Assembly: GCA_035626675.1 (NCBI GenBank)
Contig: DASPNH010000101.1
Location: 3,546-67,545, forward strand
Length of the DNA stretch: 64,000 nt
DNA from: Candidatus Binatia bacterium
GTDB taxonomy: Bacteria > Desulfobacterota > Binatia > UBA1149 > CAITLU01
Direction of reading: 5' to 3'
Shown here: in pieces, positions 28,835 through 38,493 of the stretch
How positions within the stretch are numbered: the first letter of the stretch is position 1
Layout: the number at the start of each line of letters is the position of its first letter
The notes under the pieces: model-generated
The model's database searches: none
Seen by the model: only the letters and a program-made list of their open reading frames with translations
What the model was told of the DNA's origin: nothing
Made by a program: the position numbers and the translations under genes

Positions 28835-28839
28835 GCCTG

Positions 28840-28916
28840 CGCGGGGTGGAGCAGTCTGGTAGCTCGGCGGGCTCATAACCCGCAGGTCGGAGGTTCAAAT
28901 CCTCCCCCCGCACCCA
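28840..28916 (+). tRNA. Initiator tRNA-fMet, anticodon CAT
   Basis: Over the acceptor, D and anticodon arms the sequence nearly matches E. coli tRNA-fMet (CGCGGGGTGGAGCAG..GGCTCATAACCCG). It has the initiator C1:A72 mismatch and three G:C pairs in the anticodon stem. CCA is encoded, and a T-tract (CGTTTTTT) follows the 3' end. Confidence 0.9.
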
Positions 28917-29119
28917 CTCACTCCGTTTTTTCATTGGACCCCGAGCCGGCCTACGGGCTGGACCCGGACGGGCAATCAGGCATAATTCCTCGGCTCGACG
29001 TTGCGGCCAGGCTGGTGTCGCCGAGCGCGTTGCTCGCATGTGCATCGCGCCTCGGCCATGTCTCCTATCGCGCTTCGGGTTTCGAATTGGCCCGCTCACG
29101 CTTACGAGGAGGACCTGGC

Positions 29120-30394
29120 ATGAAAGCAACTTCGGCGGCCGTTCTCTCGCTTGGAGTTTTCGTTTCGGCGATGGCCGTACCGGCCGTGGCAGCCGAAAGC
29201 CCCGCGGCCGGCACCGTCATCGACCGCACCAACATCGACAAGTACAAGGAGTTCTTCGGCCCCGCCATGCTGTGGTCGATCGACCGCGGCGTGAAGGTCA
29301 AGGTCGGCCCCTACAAGAAGATCGAGCAGCCACCGCCCGTTCAGGAAGCGACAGAGAAGTACTCGGCGCAGGTGAAGCTCTCGGCCGACGGCACGCACAC
29401 CGAGAACTACGTCGCAGGCCTTCCGTTCCCTACGATCGCTGCCGACGACCCGCACAAGGCCGTCAAGCACATGTTCAACTACGAGGGTGCCATCGAGGTC
29501 GACGATCTCGACCTTCGCAACTTCGACTGCGACACGGGCGCGGTCGGAAGCGGTGGCGATCCGGTGCGCGTCGAGCGCCACTTCCTGATCGACCATTTCC
29601 GCCGCCTCTACTTCACCGGCCGCCTCGAGGTCGATCCCAAGCCGAAGCTGGAGCCGAACCGCGACCAGGTTCGCTTCAAGGAAGCCCTGTATCCGCTGAT
29701 CGAGCCCTTCGACCTGAAGGGAACGGGCTTCACCTTCAACCGCTACCTCGACCACACTCGCCAGGACGACAGCTGGCTGTACCTGCCACAGCTCCGGCGC
29801 GTTCGTCGCCTCTCTTCGGCGCAGCGCTCCGACGCGCTGTTCGGTCAGGACACCGACCAGGACAGCTACGGCGGTTACGCCGGCAACATCGCCTGGATGG
29901 GCTGGAAGTTCCTCGGCGAGAAGACGGTGCTGGCATCTTTCCACGCCGAGAAGCTGCCGGTGGTCTGGGGCGAGCCCTCGGGCGATTTCATTCACGCCGA
30001 CATGTGGGAGCCGCGTGAGGTCTGGGTCGTCGAAGGCACCTCCAAGCTGCCTCAGTACGCCTACAGCAAGCGCGTGATCTATCTGGACAAGGAGAGCTAC
30101 TTCATCGCGTACTCGGACATCTACGACAACGCGGGCGAGCTCTGGAAGATGTGGCTCAACGAGTTCAAGATCTCGAAGAAGCCGCGCGACGAGGCCGCCT
30201 ACGCGTTCCCGTACGAGCGCCGCTTCTTCCCGTCGATCACGATGATCGACATGCAGCTCGAGCACGTCACGTTCTGCGCACTGCCCTCGCACCGCTTCCC
30301 GGGCGAGCAGGGCTGGTACATCAACGTAGGCGAGAAGGAAGGAACGGTGGAGAGCTTCTTCGAGCTTTCCGCCATCATCGCCGCCGGACGCTAG
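29120..30394 (+). CDS. DUF1329-family secreted protein
   Basis: The signal peptide reads MKATSAAVLSLGVFVSAMAVPAVAA. A GAGGAGG ribosome-binding site is present. The 424-aa body resembles DUF1329 (outer-membrane lipoprotein-carrier-like), a fold-level call made from memory. Confidence 0.6.
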   Translation: MKATSAAVLSLGVFVSAMAVPAVAAESPAAGTVIDRTNIDKYKEFFGPAMLWSIDRGVKVKVGPYKKIEQPPPVQEATEKYSAQVKLSADGTHTENYVAGLPFPTIAADDPHKAVKHMFNYEGAIEVDDLDLRNFDCDTGAVGSGGDPVRVERHFLIDHFRRLYFTGRLEVDPKPKLEPNRDQVRFKEALYPLIEPFDLKGTGFTFNRYLDHTRQDDSWLYLPQLRRVRRLSSAQRSDALFGQDTDQDSYGGYAGNIAWMGWKFLGEKTVLASFHAEKLPVVWGEPSGDFIHADMWEPREVWVVEGTSKLPQYAYSKRVIYLDKESYFIAYSDIYDNAGELWKMWLNEFKISKKPRDEAAYAFPYERRFFPSITMIDMQLEHVTFCALPSHRFPGEQGWYINVGEKEGTVESFFELSAIIAAGR

Positions 30395-30422
30395 GCCGTA
30401 CCCGCTGCCGGGTCCTCGAAAA

Positions 30423-30460
30423 GGGCCGCGAACCCAAAGGGTCGCGGCCTTTTTCTTTTG
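30423..30460 (+). terminator. Rho-independent terminator
   Basis: The hairpin GGGCCGCGA-ACCCAAAGG-GTCGCGGCC is followed by TTTTTCTTTT, directly after the DUF1329 stop. Confidence 0.7.
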
Positions 30461-30544
30461 GGCCCGCCTCTCCGGCGAGCGCTCGCGCCATTGACGGGAT
30501 GGCGCAGGAAGCGTAGTTGAGTGGCACTCAAAGAGAGGCGACTC

Positions 30545-32128
30545 ATGAAGCCAAGCACCCACGCCGACTGGCTTTTCCCGTTCCCGGCCCCCGGCAAGCC
30601 TCGCCGCGAGGGCGCCGACCGCCTCCCCGCCCGCACGGCGCACCGCTGGCCGTATCGCCCGGTGGATCCGGGCGGCATCGAGGCGCGCGGCGTGGCCAGC
30701 CCGTTGCCCCTGCCTGACTTCAAGCGCGCAGTGCTTGGCTGGGCCGACGACGTCGGCGTCATCTCGATCGACGATCCGGCCATCGCGCACGAGGTCGACG
30801 AGGTCCGCTACGTCTATCCGCACGCACGCTCCCTGGTCTGCCTGATCGGCGAGGAGAACAAGGCCGCGATGCAGTCGCGCTATCTGCCCACGGCCAATCA
30901 CGAACTCTACACCTGCGAGGAGCGCATCTTCGAGATGGGCCACCGCACCGTCGGCTACATTCGCACGCTCGGCGGCGAATCGCTGACGACCACGATCGGT
31001 TGGCCGCAGGAGGTCAGCCAGCGCTGGGCCGACAAGATCTGGCCGCTCAGCCACAAGCTGGTCGCGCAGGCCGCCGGCCTCGGCGTCATCGGCACCAGCC
31101 GCAACTTCCTGCACAAGCGCTTCGGCGCCTACTGCCTCATCGATACCGTCGTCACCAACCTGGAGTTCGCTTCCTACGACGCGCCCGAGCCGTGGAACCC
31201 GTGCCTGTCGTGCAACCTGTGCATCGCCTCCTGTCCCACCGAGGCGATCAAGGACGACGGCGATTTCGATTTCTTCGCCTGCTACAACCACACCTATCGT
31301 GACTCGATTCCCGGATTCCTCGATCTCGTGCACGACCTGGCGCGCAGCAATCGCAAGCGCTTCTGGAAGCGCTGGACCAACGCCGAGCTGGCGGCGCTGT
31401 GGCAGGCGATGGCGTTCAAGGTCGAGTATCGCTGCTTCAATTGCGTGGCCACGTGCCCGGCCGAGATCCATGCCGAGTTCCACGAAGACCGCACGGTGCG
31501 CCGCCAGTATCTGGACGAGACTCTGAAGCCGCTGACGCAGTGCCGCAGCCACGACGAGGAGCAATTCGTCATCGACACGCCGAGCGCGCGCCGCAAGTAC
31601 GGGATCGAGCCCGGAAGCTGGCGCACGCCCACGCACGCCGGCAGGCCCGTCTCGCAGACGGTTCGGCTGGTGCCGCTTCAGCGCGTCTGTTCGCTCGACG
31701 TCGATTCGATGATGCGCAACATGCCGCAGTTCTTCCGCAGTCAGGAAGCGCAAGGCATGGACTTCACGTGCCAGTTCGATTTTACCGAGCCCGGCGGCGG
31801 GGAGTGGGTGATGCGAGTCCAGGATGGGCGCTGCGCCGTCCGCGCGGGCAGGACCGAGGAAGCGGATCTCGTCATCGCGACCAGCGGAGAGGTCTTCCTG
31901 CAGATCCAGCAGGGTGTCCGGAGTGCGCCGTGGGCGCTGCTGACCGGTCGCCTGCGGCTGCGTGGCGCGCGCGCTCTGTTCCTGCAGTTTCCGCGCATCT
32001 TCGCGCTCGAAGCAGGCGAGTCCGTGTGGCATCGCGCGAGATGGAGGCTGGCGAGGTGGCGCAAGGGTTCTCGGCGCGGCGCTGCCACGGCCAGCGCCGT
32101 GCGCCGTGCCCGGGATGCCGCATCGTGA
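30545..32128 (+). CDS. QueG-like or reductive-dehalogenase-like Fe-S protein (two 4Fe-4S ferredoxin motifs) fused to a C-terminal SCP2 sterol-carrier-like domain
   Basis: The segment GLGVIGTSRNFL...CLSCNLCIASCPTEAI plus CFNCVATCP matches the QueG-type double-cluster pattern. The C-terminal 110 aa (MDFTCQFDF...LTGRLRLRGARALFLQF) resemble SCP2. An AGAGAGG ribosome-binding site precedes ATG 30545. Confidence 0.6.
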   Translation: MKPSTHADWLFPFPAPGKPRREGADRLPARTAHRWPYRPVDPGGIEARGVASPLPLPDFKRAVLGWADDVGVISIDDPAIAHEVDEVRYVYPHARSLVCLIGEENKAAMQSRYLPTANHELYTCEERIFEMGHRTVGYIRTLGGESLTTTIGWPQEVSQRWADKIWPLSHKLVAQAAGLGVIGTSRNFLHKRFGAYCLIDTVVTNLEFASYDAPEPWNPCLSCNLCIASCPTEAIKDDGDFDFFACYNHTYRDSIPGFLDLVHDLARSNRKRFWKRWTNAELAALWQAMAFKVEYRCFNCVATCPAEIHAEFHEDRTVRRQYLDETLKPLTQCRSHDEEQFVIDTPSARRKYGIEPGSWRTPTHAGRPVSQTVRLVPLQRVCSLDVDSMMRNMPQFFRSQEAQGMDFTCQFDFTEPGGGEWVMRVQDGRCAVRAGRTEEADLVIATSGEVFLQIQQGVRSAPWALLTGRLRLRGARALFLQFPRIFALEAGESVWHRARWRLARWRKGSRRGAATASAVRRARDAAS

Positions 32129-32151
32129 GCAGGCCCGCACCGGCAGGCGGC

Positions 32152-32790
32152 ATGCGCCAGCGACGCGCGCCGCGAAGCAATCCGCTGTCGTTCCAGAAGG
32201 ACCCGCGCGGACGGCGCGAGCGCGTGCTGTCGGCGGCCGAGCAGCTCTTCGCCCGAAGCGGCTACGGCGGTGTCACCACGGCGCAGATCGCATCGGCTGC
32301 GGGCGTGGCCGAAGGCAACGTCTTCCACTACTTCGGCTCCAAGCAGAAGCTGCTGTGCGAAGTCGGTGCGAGATGGGGACGAGGTTTTGCCGCGGCGATG
32401 TTCGAAGGCGCCCGGCCGCGCGCGGGCCGCGACGTGATCGAGACGATGGTGCGGCGTGCATTCGCCTATGTGGAATCCAGCCATGCCGGCTTCGGCCTCT
32501 TCCTGCTCAGCAGCGATCCGGCGCTCGGACGCGAAGTCTACCTGGCCAACAGACGAGCCGTGACCTCGGCGGTCGAGAACGCCATCGTTCAGTGGTCGCA
32601 CCTGCGTCTGGTCCGCGTCGGCAATCCGGGCATCGTCGCCAATCTGCTTTTCGGCCTTGTCGAAGCCGCCTTGCGCGCCTGCTTCGTCGAAGGCGACGGC
32701 GAGGGCCCGCCTGCGTCGCGACAGGCCGTCGCCGCCTACAGGGACGAGGTCGTCACCGCGATCGTGCGAATTCTGGAGATCGATGCCTGA
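32152..32790 (+). CDS. TetR/AcrR-family transcriptional regulator
   Basis: The helix-turn-helix reads GYGGVTTAQIASAAGVAEGNVFHYFGSKQKLL. The start is uncertain, and the stop overlaps the Sel1-repeat gene start. Confidence 0.7.
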   Translation: MRQRRAPRSNPLSFQKDPRGRRERVLSAAEQLFARSGYGGVTTAQIASAAGVAEGNVFHYFGSKQKLLCEVGARWGRGFAAAMFEGARPRAGRDVIETMVRRAFAYVESSHAGFGLFLLSSDPALGREVYLANRRAVTSAVENAIVQWSHLRLVRVGNPGIVANLLFGLVEAALRACFVEGDGEGPPASRQAVAAYRDEVVTAIVRILEIDA

Positions 32791-33652
32791 ACAGGAATTC
32801 CCTCCGCTCAGTGCCCTCGAGGCCGCGATGGAGGATCTGGCCTGCGGCCGCGAAGAGACTGCGGCAAACGCCATCGAATCCTTGGCACGGCAAGGCAACG
32901 TGCAGGCGCAGGCGATGCTCGGATATCTGCTCGAGCGAGGGCAGGGTCTTGCCAGGGACGAAGGCGTTGCACGGCAGTGGTACGAGCTGTCGGCAGCGGC
33001 GGGTGAGCCCAGCGCCAGCTACAACCTTGCGGTGATGCTGCTCGAAGGACGTGGAGGTGCGGCCGACTTCCGGCGTGCGGCCGAGCTCTGCCACGTGGCA
33101 GCCGAGGCCGGAGTGGTCGAAGCGCAGGTCCTGCTCGCGCGCCTTCTGTCGCTCGGCCGCGGCGTTCGGCCCGATGCCGCGGCGGCGCGGATGTGGCTCG
33201 AGCGCGCTGCGCAGAAGGGATCCGCCGAAGCCGAGCTCGGGCTGGGCATCCTGCACGACAAAGGCTACGGCGTTCCCCGCGACGCCGCTGCAGCCGTCGA
33301 GCACTATCGGCGCGCCGCCGAGGGCGGCAGCGTAGCCGCGCAATTCAATCTGGCGCTGGCGTTGGAGCTCGGACGCGGCGTCGAGCGCGACGCAGAGCAG
33401 GCTCGGCGCTGGTATCACGAGGCTGCCGAGCGAGGGTTCCCCCAAGCTCAGCACAACCTGGCGGTCATGCTGCTGGAAGCACCCGGCGCCGAGCGCGATT
33501 CGGAGCGCGCCTACGTCTATGCCTCGCTGGCTGCCAATGGCGGCATCGAGCACGCGACCAGGCTGCGCGATCGGATCGCACGCGAGCTTCGCCTGGGCGA
33601 GCTGGCGCGCGCGCGCGGGAGCCTCGAGCAGTGGAAGCCGCGCAGCAGCTGA
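32783..33652 (+). CDS. Sel1-repeat (TPR-like) protein
   Basis: Six or seven Sel1 units recur, of the form A...LG.....G.GV.RD...A..W...AA..G. Confidence 0.75.
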   Translation: MPEQEFPPLSALEAAMEDLACGREETAANAIESLARQGNVQAQAMLGYLLERGQGLARDEGVARQWYELSAAAGEPSASYNLAVMLLEGRGGAADFRRAAELCHVAAEAGVVEAQVLLARLLSLGRGVRPDAAAARMWLERAAQKGSAEAELGLGILHDKGYGVPRDAAAAVEHYRRAAEGGSVAAQFNLALALELGRGVERDAEQARRWYHEAAERGFPQAQHNLAVMLLEAPGAERDSERAYVYASLAANGGIEHATRLRDRIARELRLGELARARGSLEQWKPRSS

Positions 33653-33730
33653 CTCCTTGGCCGGCGCCACCGGCCGATTCTGCACGTGCTGGTCCGGCCT
33701 CGGCTACTCGCCCAGCCCTGATGACTTCCG

Positions 33731-34570
33731 CTACTTGCCGAGCTTGAACATGCTGGTCCAGCCGCCGCTCTTCTCGCTTCCGCGCGTTTGCGCGTCGGTG
33801 TTGAGCGCCCAGTCGCCTGCCTCCATCACGCGCTTGAGCGTGTGCAGGTCGTCCTCGATCTGCTGTCCGGGCTCTTCGCCGAACAGTTTGGCGACGGCCG
33901 CGCCGACCAGTCCCGCAGGAGGATCGTACTTGAGATAGACGCGCACGCAGGTCGCTCCGGCCTGTGTGCTCGGCTCGAAGTGCACGCTGCCGGCATGGTC
34001 GACGTCGGAGCCGGGAAGCGAGCGCCATGCGATCATCTCGTTTTCCTTCTCGTTGTAGACCTCGGCCTGCCAGTGGAACGATGTTCCCGCAGGCCCGCTG
34101 GCGGTCCAGTGCGAGACGCCGTCGGGATCGACGTGCACTTCCTGCAGATGGTCCATGAAGCGCGGCAGGTTCTCGAAGTTGCGCCAGAACCAGTAAAGCT
34201 CCTGCGGGCTGCGCTCGATCACGATGCTGCGCTCGACCTTGATGCCGAGCCGGTCGGGGACCGCCACGTTGTACGGGCGCGGGCCTGCATCGGCGGTCGA
34301 AATGCGGAGCTTCTCGTAGAGCTCGCAATGGCCGGTGGCGCCGCGTCGAACCAGAGCGCCTCCGAGCAGTCCCAGCGGCACGCCGTTGCGACGTCCCTTG
34401 CCGATCTGCGTCAGCCCATAGATGGCCAGCGCACCGCCGCCGACGATCGAAAGCAGCCTGTCGAGGCCGCCTACGTTGATGTCCTTGCTGCTGGGTTGGT
34501 GACTGGTGTGACTGGCGCGGTACTCGGAGAAATCCTCGTTGCGAAAATCGGGCTGCATCGCTTCTGCCAT
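33731..34570 (-). CDS. SRPBCC-family (polyketide cyclase/dehydrase-like) protein with an N-terminal membrane segment
   Basis: A Gly-rich transmembrane region (LLSIVGGGALAIYGL) is followed by a START/Bet v1-like domain (IERSPQELYWFWRNFENLPRFM...). Confidence 0.6.
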   Translation of the reverse strand: MAEAMQPDFRNEDFSEYRASHTSHQPSSKDINVGGLDRLLSIVGGGALAIYGLTQIGKGRRNGVPLGLLGGALVRRGATGHCELYEKLRISTADAGPRPYNVAVPDRLGIKVERSIVIERSPQELYWFWRNFENLPRFMDHLQEVHVDPDGVSHWTASGPAGTSFHWQAEVYNEKENEMIAWRSLPGSDVDHAGSVHFEPSTQAGATCVRVYLKYDPPAGLVGAAVAKLFGEEPGQQIEDDLHTLKRVMEAGDWALNTDAQTRGSEKSGGWTSMFKLGK

Positions 34571-34766
34571 GACCTCTTCACTCCTTGCGGTAAACGTCTG
34601 CCGGAACAGCGTTGCTGGACCAGCGCGCCTCCGACCTCGACAGAGAACCCGTCCGGCGGTGGCTGCCACGAATCTTCGCATCGATCATGCACGCTTTGAT
34701 CGGATTCAGCAGCGGTGTTCGTGGGCGTGTTGCGCCAACAGCGATCGGGAACGGAGCAGCGTAGGG

Positions 34767-36449
34767 TCAGGTCGGCTCGGGGGAGGGCTCGAGATCACCC
34801 GATCGGACCTGCTCGGCCGCGGTGCCGCCAAGCTCGGCCAAGCGCGCCGCGGCGATCTTTCGCACGTCCTCGTCGGCGTCATTATGGGTTATCCAGTCGA
34901 GAAGCCCGGCGGAGGTCAGCCGGCGCGTAGCGGCGGCGCGAACCTTCGGCGAGCAGTCCCAGCGTGCACGGTTGGCGAGCAACTCTGCGTCGCCCACACG
35001 CCGGACCGCTTCGCGCCGAACACCCCAGTCCTCGTCGTTCTTGGCGCGGTTGGCCAGGATGCCCTCGTCATCGAGCTTGGCCACCGCGGTCTTGCGCACC
35101 TGCCACGCCTTGTCCCAGCGTGCGCGATGCCCGATCAGCGCCCGGTCGCTCGAGGAGGCGATCGCGGCGCGGCGCACTTCCCACGACTCGTCGCCGCGCG
35201 CGACTTCCGACAGCACCGGCTCTTCGCGAAGCCTGTGCAACGCCGCCTCGCGCACCTGCCAAGCCGGGTCGCGGCGCGCCAGTGAGGCCAGCAGCCCCTG
35301 GTTGACCACCTTGCGCGCAGCCGCTGCGCGTACCTGCCAGTGGCGGTCTTCGAGCGCGAGAAGGTCGAGCATCTTGCGATCATCGAGGCGCCGGACCGCC
35401 TCGGCGCGCGAATCGCCGTGCTCGCCGTCCTTCAGGATGGCCAGCGCCAGATGGCGGCTGCGGATCCTGCGAATGGCGATGCGCCGGACGTGCGCGTCTT
35501 CGTCGTGCAGGGCGCGGTCGACCAGAACCGAGGGATCGTCGATTCGCGCAATGGCGCTGCGGCGCGCATCGGCGTGCGCAGAGGAAGTCGCGATGCGGGC
35601 GAGCAGCCCGGCGTCCTCGATGCGTTCGAGCGCCTGGCGGCGAAGCGTTGCGTCGCGATCTTCGGCCGCCACGTGCGCCAGCGCCTCGGGGTCGACCAGA
35701 TTGGCGAGCGAGACGGCGCGCACTTCCTCCTCGATCGTGTCGCCGGTCAGACCCGCGAGCAGCGACTGCTCGTGAATGCGCTCGGCGGCTGCGCGCCGCA
35801 CTTCGAGGTGGCGCGCGCGTGCAGCGACCTCGGCGAGCATGTCCTCGCCGGCGATGCGCTTGACCGCCAGCCGGCATACGAGCGGACTGGCTTCGGACAA
35901 TGCGATGGACAGGAGCAGGGCCGGGTCTTCGAGTTCCTTGACGGCGGCCTTGGCAACGACGACGTCGCGCGCGCCCGTTGCCACCCGCACCAGCAGCTCG
36001 GTGTCGCGAAGTCGTGCAAGTGCGAGCTGGGCAACGTCGCGGTCACGCGCCTGCTCGGCGATCTCGGCCAGCAGCGACTGCGAGTGGATGCGTTTGACCG
36101 CCAGGCGCGCGATCTCCGACAGCGCGGCGCGCGCAGCGACGGTGGCCAGGAGCGGTTCGCCGCGGATGTGCGAGAGGGCGGTTCGTGCCGGCCCGGCCGA
36201 TACGCTGCAGACTGCGGTTTCGGTCCAGGCCTCTTCGTCCGAGAGCGCAGGCTCGGGCAAGGCCTGCGTCGTCTCGGAGGCGGGCGCCTGCTCCAGGGCC
36301 GGTTCCGAAACGCTCGCCTCCATCGGGACCGCCGGGGAGGGCGTCCGCGAATTTTGCTCGGGCTGCGGCTCGACTCTGGCGCCGTCCTCGTTAGCCTGTC
36401 GAGATGTCTTCGCGCGCGGGCGGCGCCGCAGCCAGTCCATCAGTCCCAT
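34767..36449 (-). CDS. HEAT-repeat (PBS-lyase-like) protein
   Basis: The 560-aa product is made of 15 or more repeats of the type D..W.VR..A...L.D...L in an Ala/Arg-rich helical solenoid. Confidence 0.65.
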   Translation of the reverse strand: MGLMDWLRRRPRAKTSRQANEDGARVEPQPEQNSRTPSPAVPMEASVSEPALEQAPASETTQALPEPALSDEEAWTETAVCSVSAGPARTALSHIRGEPLLATVAARAALSEIARLAVKRIHSQSLLAEIAEQARDRDVAQLALARLRDTELLVRVATGARDVVVAKAAVKELEDPALLLSIALSEASPLVCRLAVKRIAGEDMLAEVAARARHLEVRRAAAERIHEQSLLAGLTGDTIEEEVRAVSLANLVDPEALAHVAAEDRDATLRRQALERIEDAGLLARIATSSAHADARRSAIARIDDPSVLVDRALHDEDAHVRRIAIRRIRSRHLALAILKDGEHGDSRAEAVRRLDDRKMLDLLALEDRHWQVRAAAARKVVNQGLLASLARRDPAWQVREAALHRLREEPVLSEVARGDESWEVRRAAIASSSDRALIGHRARWDKAWQVRKTAVAKLDDEGILANRAKNDEDWGVRREAVRRVGDAELLANRARWDCSPKVRAAATRRLTSAGLLDWITHNDADEDVRKIAAARLAELGGTAAEQVRSGDLEPSPEPT

Positions 36450-36501
36450 GCGTGGGATTGTAGCGCCGCCGCGCCGCCATCAAAGGCAGAGAAGGGTGAT
36501 C

Positions 36502-37161
36502 ATGAAATTTCCGCGGATTCTCGTATGCTGCACCTTGCTCGCGTGTTCGACCGCTGCGCTGGCCGCTACCAAGACCAGCCGCTGGGTCGCGCACCCCTCG
36601 CAGCCCTTCGAAATCCTTTCCACCGAAGTGACCGTCGCCGACTTCCAGGCGTGCGTCAAAGCGGGCAAGTGCGAGGCCGCCTCCGTCGACGCCCAATGCA
36701 ACATCTCGGATGCCGCCAAGACCGATCATCCGGTCAACTGCATCAATCATGACGGCGCCAAGGACGTCTGCGAGCATCTGGGAGGACGCCTGTGCACCAG
36801 CAGCGAATGGCTGGCTGCATGCCGCGGCGCGGACAACCGCGCCTTCCCGTACGGTGCGGCATTCGATCCGGCCGCCTGTCAGGCAGGTTCGTACGAGAAC
36901 GCAGCCGCCGGCGGCAAGAACACCGTTGCGGCCGGCAGCATGAAGGGCTGCCAGGGAGGCATGGAAAACCTCTTCGACATGAGCGGCAACGTCAGCGAAT
37001 GGGTCGCCGACTGCAACGGCACCTATTGCAAGTTCCGCGGCGCGGCCTACGCCGGCAACGAGCCGGTGGAGTACTTCGCCGGCTGCGGCGACGTCTGCTC
37101 GGGCAACGAGAACACCCTGCAGTCCGGTACCGTCGGCGCCCGCTGCTGCCGCGACAAGTAG
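36502..37161 (+). CDS. Formylglycine-generating-enzyme (FGE/SUMF1) family lipoprotein, short form
   Basis: The lipobox LLACS is present. The FGE-sulfatase motifs are RLCTSSEWLAACRG, AFPYG and MSGNVSEWVAD. Many Cys residues are present. Confidence 0.7.
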   Translation: MKFPRILVCCTLLACSTAALAATKTSRWVAHPSQPFEILSTEVTVADFQACVKAGKCEAASVDAQCNISDAAKTDHPVNCINHDGAKDVCEHLGGRLCTSSEWLAACRGADNRAFPYGAAFDPAACQAGSYENAAAGGKNTVAAGSMKGCQGGMENLFDMSGNVSEWVADCNGTYCKFRGAAYAGNEPVEYFAGCGDVCSGNENTLQSGTVGARCCRDK

Positions 37162-37303
37162 AGCGCGCGACAGCCCTCGCGCTGGCGTCCGGCCGTGACG
37201 GCCGCCGCGTCGGCTATTTTTCGTGGTGTGGCCGCGGAAATTCTTCCGTTTTGTAACCGGTTCTAGTTTCGCGCATAACCTCGCCCACCAAGCGAGGTGA
37301 CCC

Positions 37304-38479
37304 ATGCATTTCGACCTCAGCCCCGAGCATCGCGCGCTTCGTGACGAGCTGCGCCGCTACTTCGACGACCTGATGACGCCGGACCTGGTCCAGGAGGTGG
37401 CGCACAGCGAGGGCGGCGGCCCGCTGTTTCGCGAAGCGATGAAGAAGATGGGCCGCGACAAGTGGCTCGGCGTCGGCTGGCCCAAGGAGTACGGCGGGCG
37501 GGGGCTCGGGCACATCGAGCAGTTCCTGTTCGCCGATGAGGCCCAGCGGGCCTTCTTCCCGTTTCCCTTCCTGACCCTGAACACGGTCGGCCCCACGCTC
37601 CAGCAGTACGGCAGCGAGGAGCAGCGCAGGCAGTTCCTGCCTCGCATCCTTGCCGGAGAGTGCCTGTTTGCCGTCGGCTACTCCGAGCCCGACGCGGGCA
37701 CGGACCTGGCCTCGCTCAAGACGCGCGCCGTTCGCGACGGCGACGACTGGGTCATCAACGGGCAGAAGCTCTGGACCAGCCTGGCCGATTTCACCGATTA
37801 CATATGGCTGGCGGCGCGCACCGATCCGGATGCTCCCAAGCACGCCGGCATTTCGATGTTCATCGTGCCCACCGACAGCCCGGGCTTCGGCATCACTCCC
37901 ATCCGCACCATCGGGAGCGTACGCACAAACGCGACCTTCTACGACAACGTGCGGGTGCCGGCTTCCGCGCTGGTCGGAGGCGAGGGCAACGGTTGGAGCC
38001 TGATCGTCAACCAGCTCAACCACGAGCGCGTCTCTCTGATGAGCGTCGGCATCATCGGGCGCCTCTTCGAGGAGACGACGACGTGGGCGCGCGAGAAGCG
38101 TCTGGCCGACGGCAGCCGCGTCATCGACATTCCTTGGGTTCGGCATCATCTGGCCTGCGCCGAGGCCAAGCTCGAGATCCTGCGCCTTCTCAACTGGCGG
38201 CAGGCCTGGAACATGGAGAACGGCACCTTCAACTTTGCCGAGGCTTCCACGGTCAAGGTCTTCGGCAGCGAGTTCTACATCGAGGGCTACAACCTGATGC
38301 TGGAGGTGCTGGGTGCGGCAGGCATGATCCGGCGCGACTCGCCCGAAGCTTTGCTGGGCGGGCGCATCGAGCGCATGTACCGCTCGATGCTGATCCTTAC
38401 CTTCGGCGGCGGAACCAACGAGATCCAGCGCGACATCATCGCCATGGCCGGCCTCGAGATGCCGCGCTCGCTGCGCTGA
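37304..38479 (+). CDS. Acyl-CoA dehydrogenase
   Basis: The three-domain ACAD layout is clear (GYSEPDAGTDLASL, WITNG-like INGQKLW, C-terminal GGGTNEIQRDIIA). Confidence 0.88.
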   Translation: MHFDLSPEHRALRDELRRYFDDLMTPDLVQEVAHSEGGGPLFREAMKKMGRDKWLGVGWPKEYGGRGLGHIEQFLFADEAQRAFFPFPFLTLNTVGPTLQQYGSEEQRRQFLPRILAGECLFAVGYSEPDAGTDLASLKTRAVRDGDDWVINGQKLWTSLADFTDYIWLAARTDPDAPKHAGISMFIVPTDSPGFGITPIRTIGSVRTNATFYDNVRVPASALVGGEGNGWSLIVNQLNHERVSLMSVGIIGRLFEETTTWAREKRLADGSRVIDIPWVRHHLACAEAKLEILRLLNWRQAWNMENGTFNFAEASTVKVFGSEFYIEGYNLMLEVLGAAGMIRRDSPEALLGGRIERMYRSMLILTFGGGTNEIQRDIIAMAGLEMPRSLR

Positions 38480-38493
38480 GGGAGGGACCGGAC

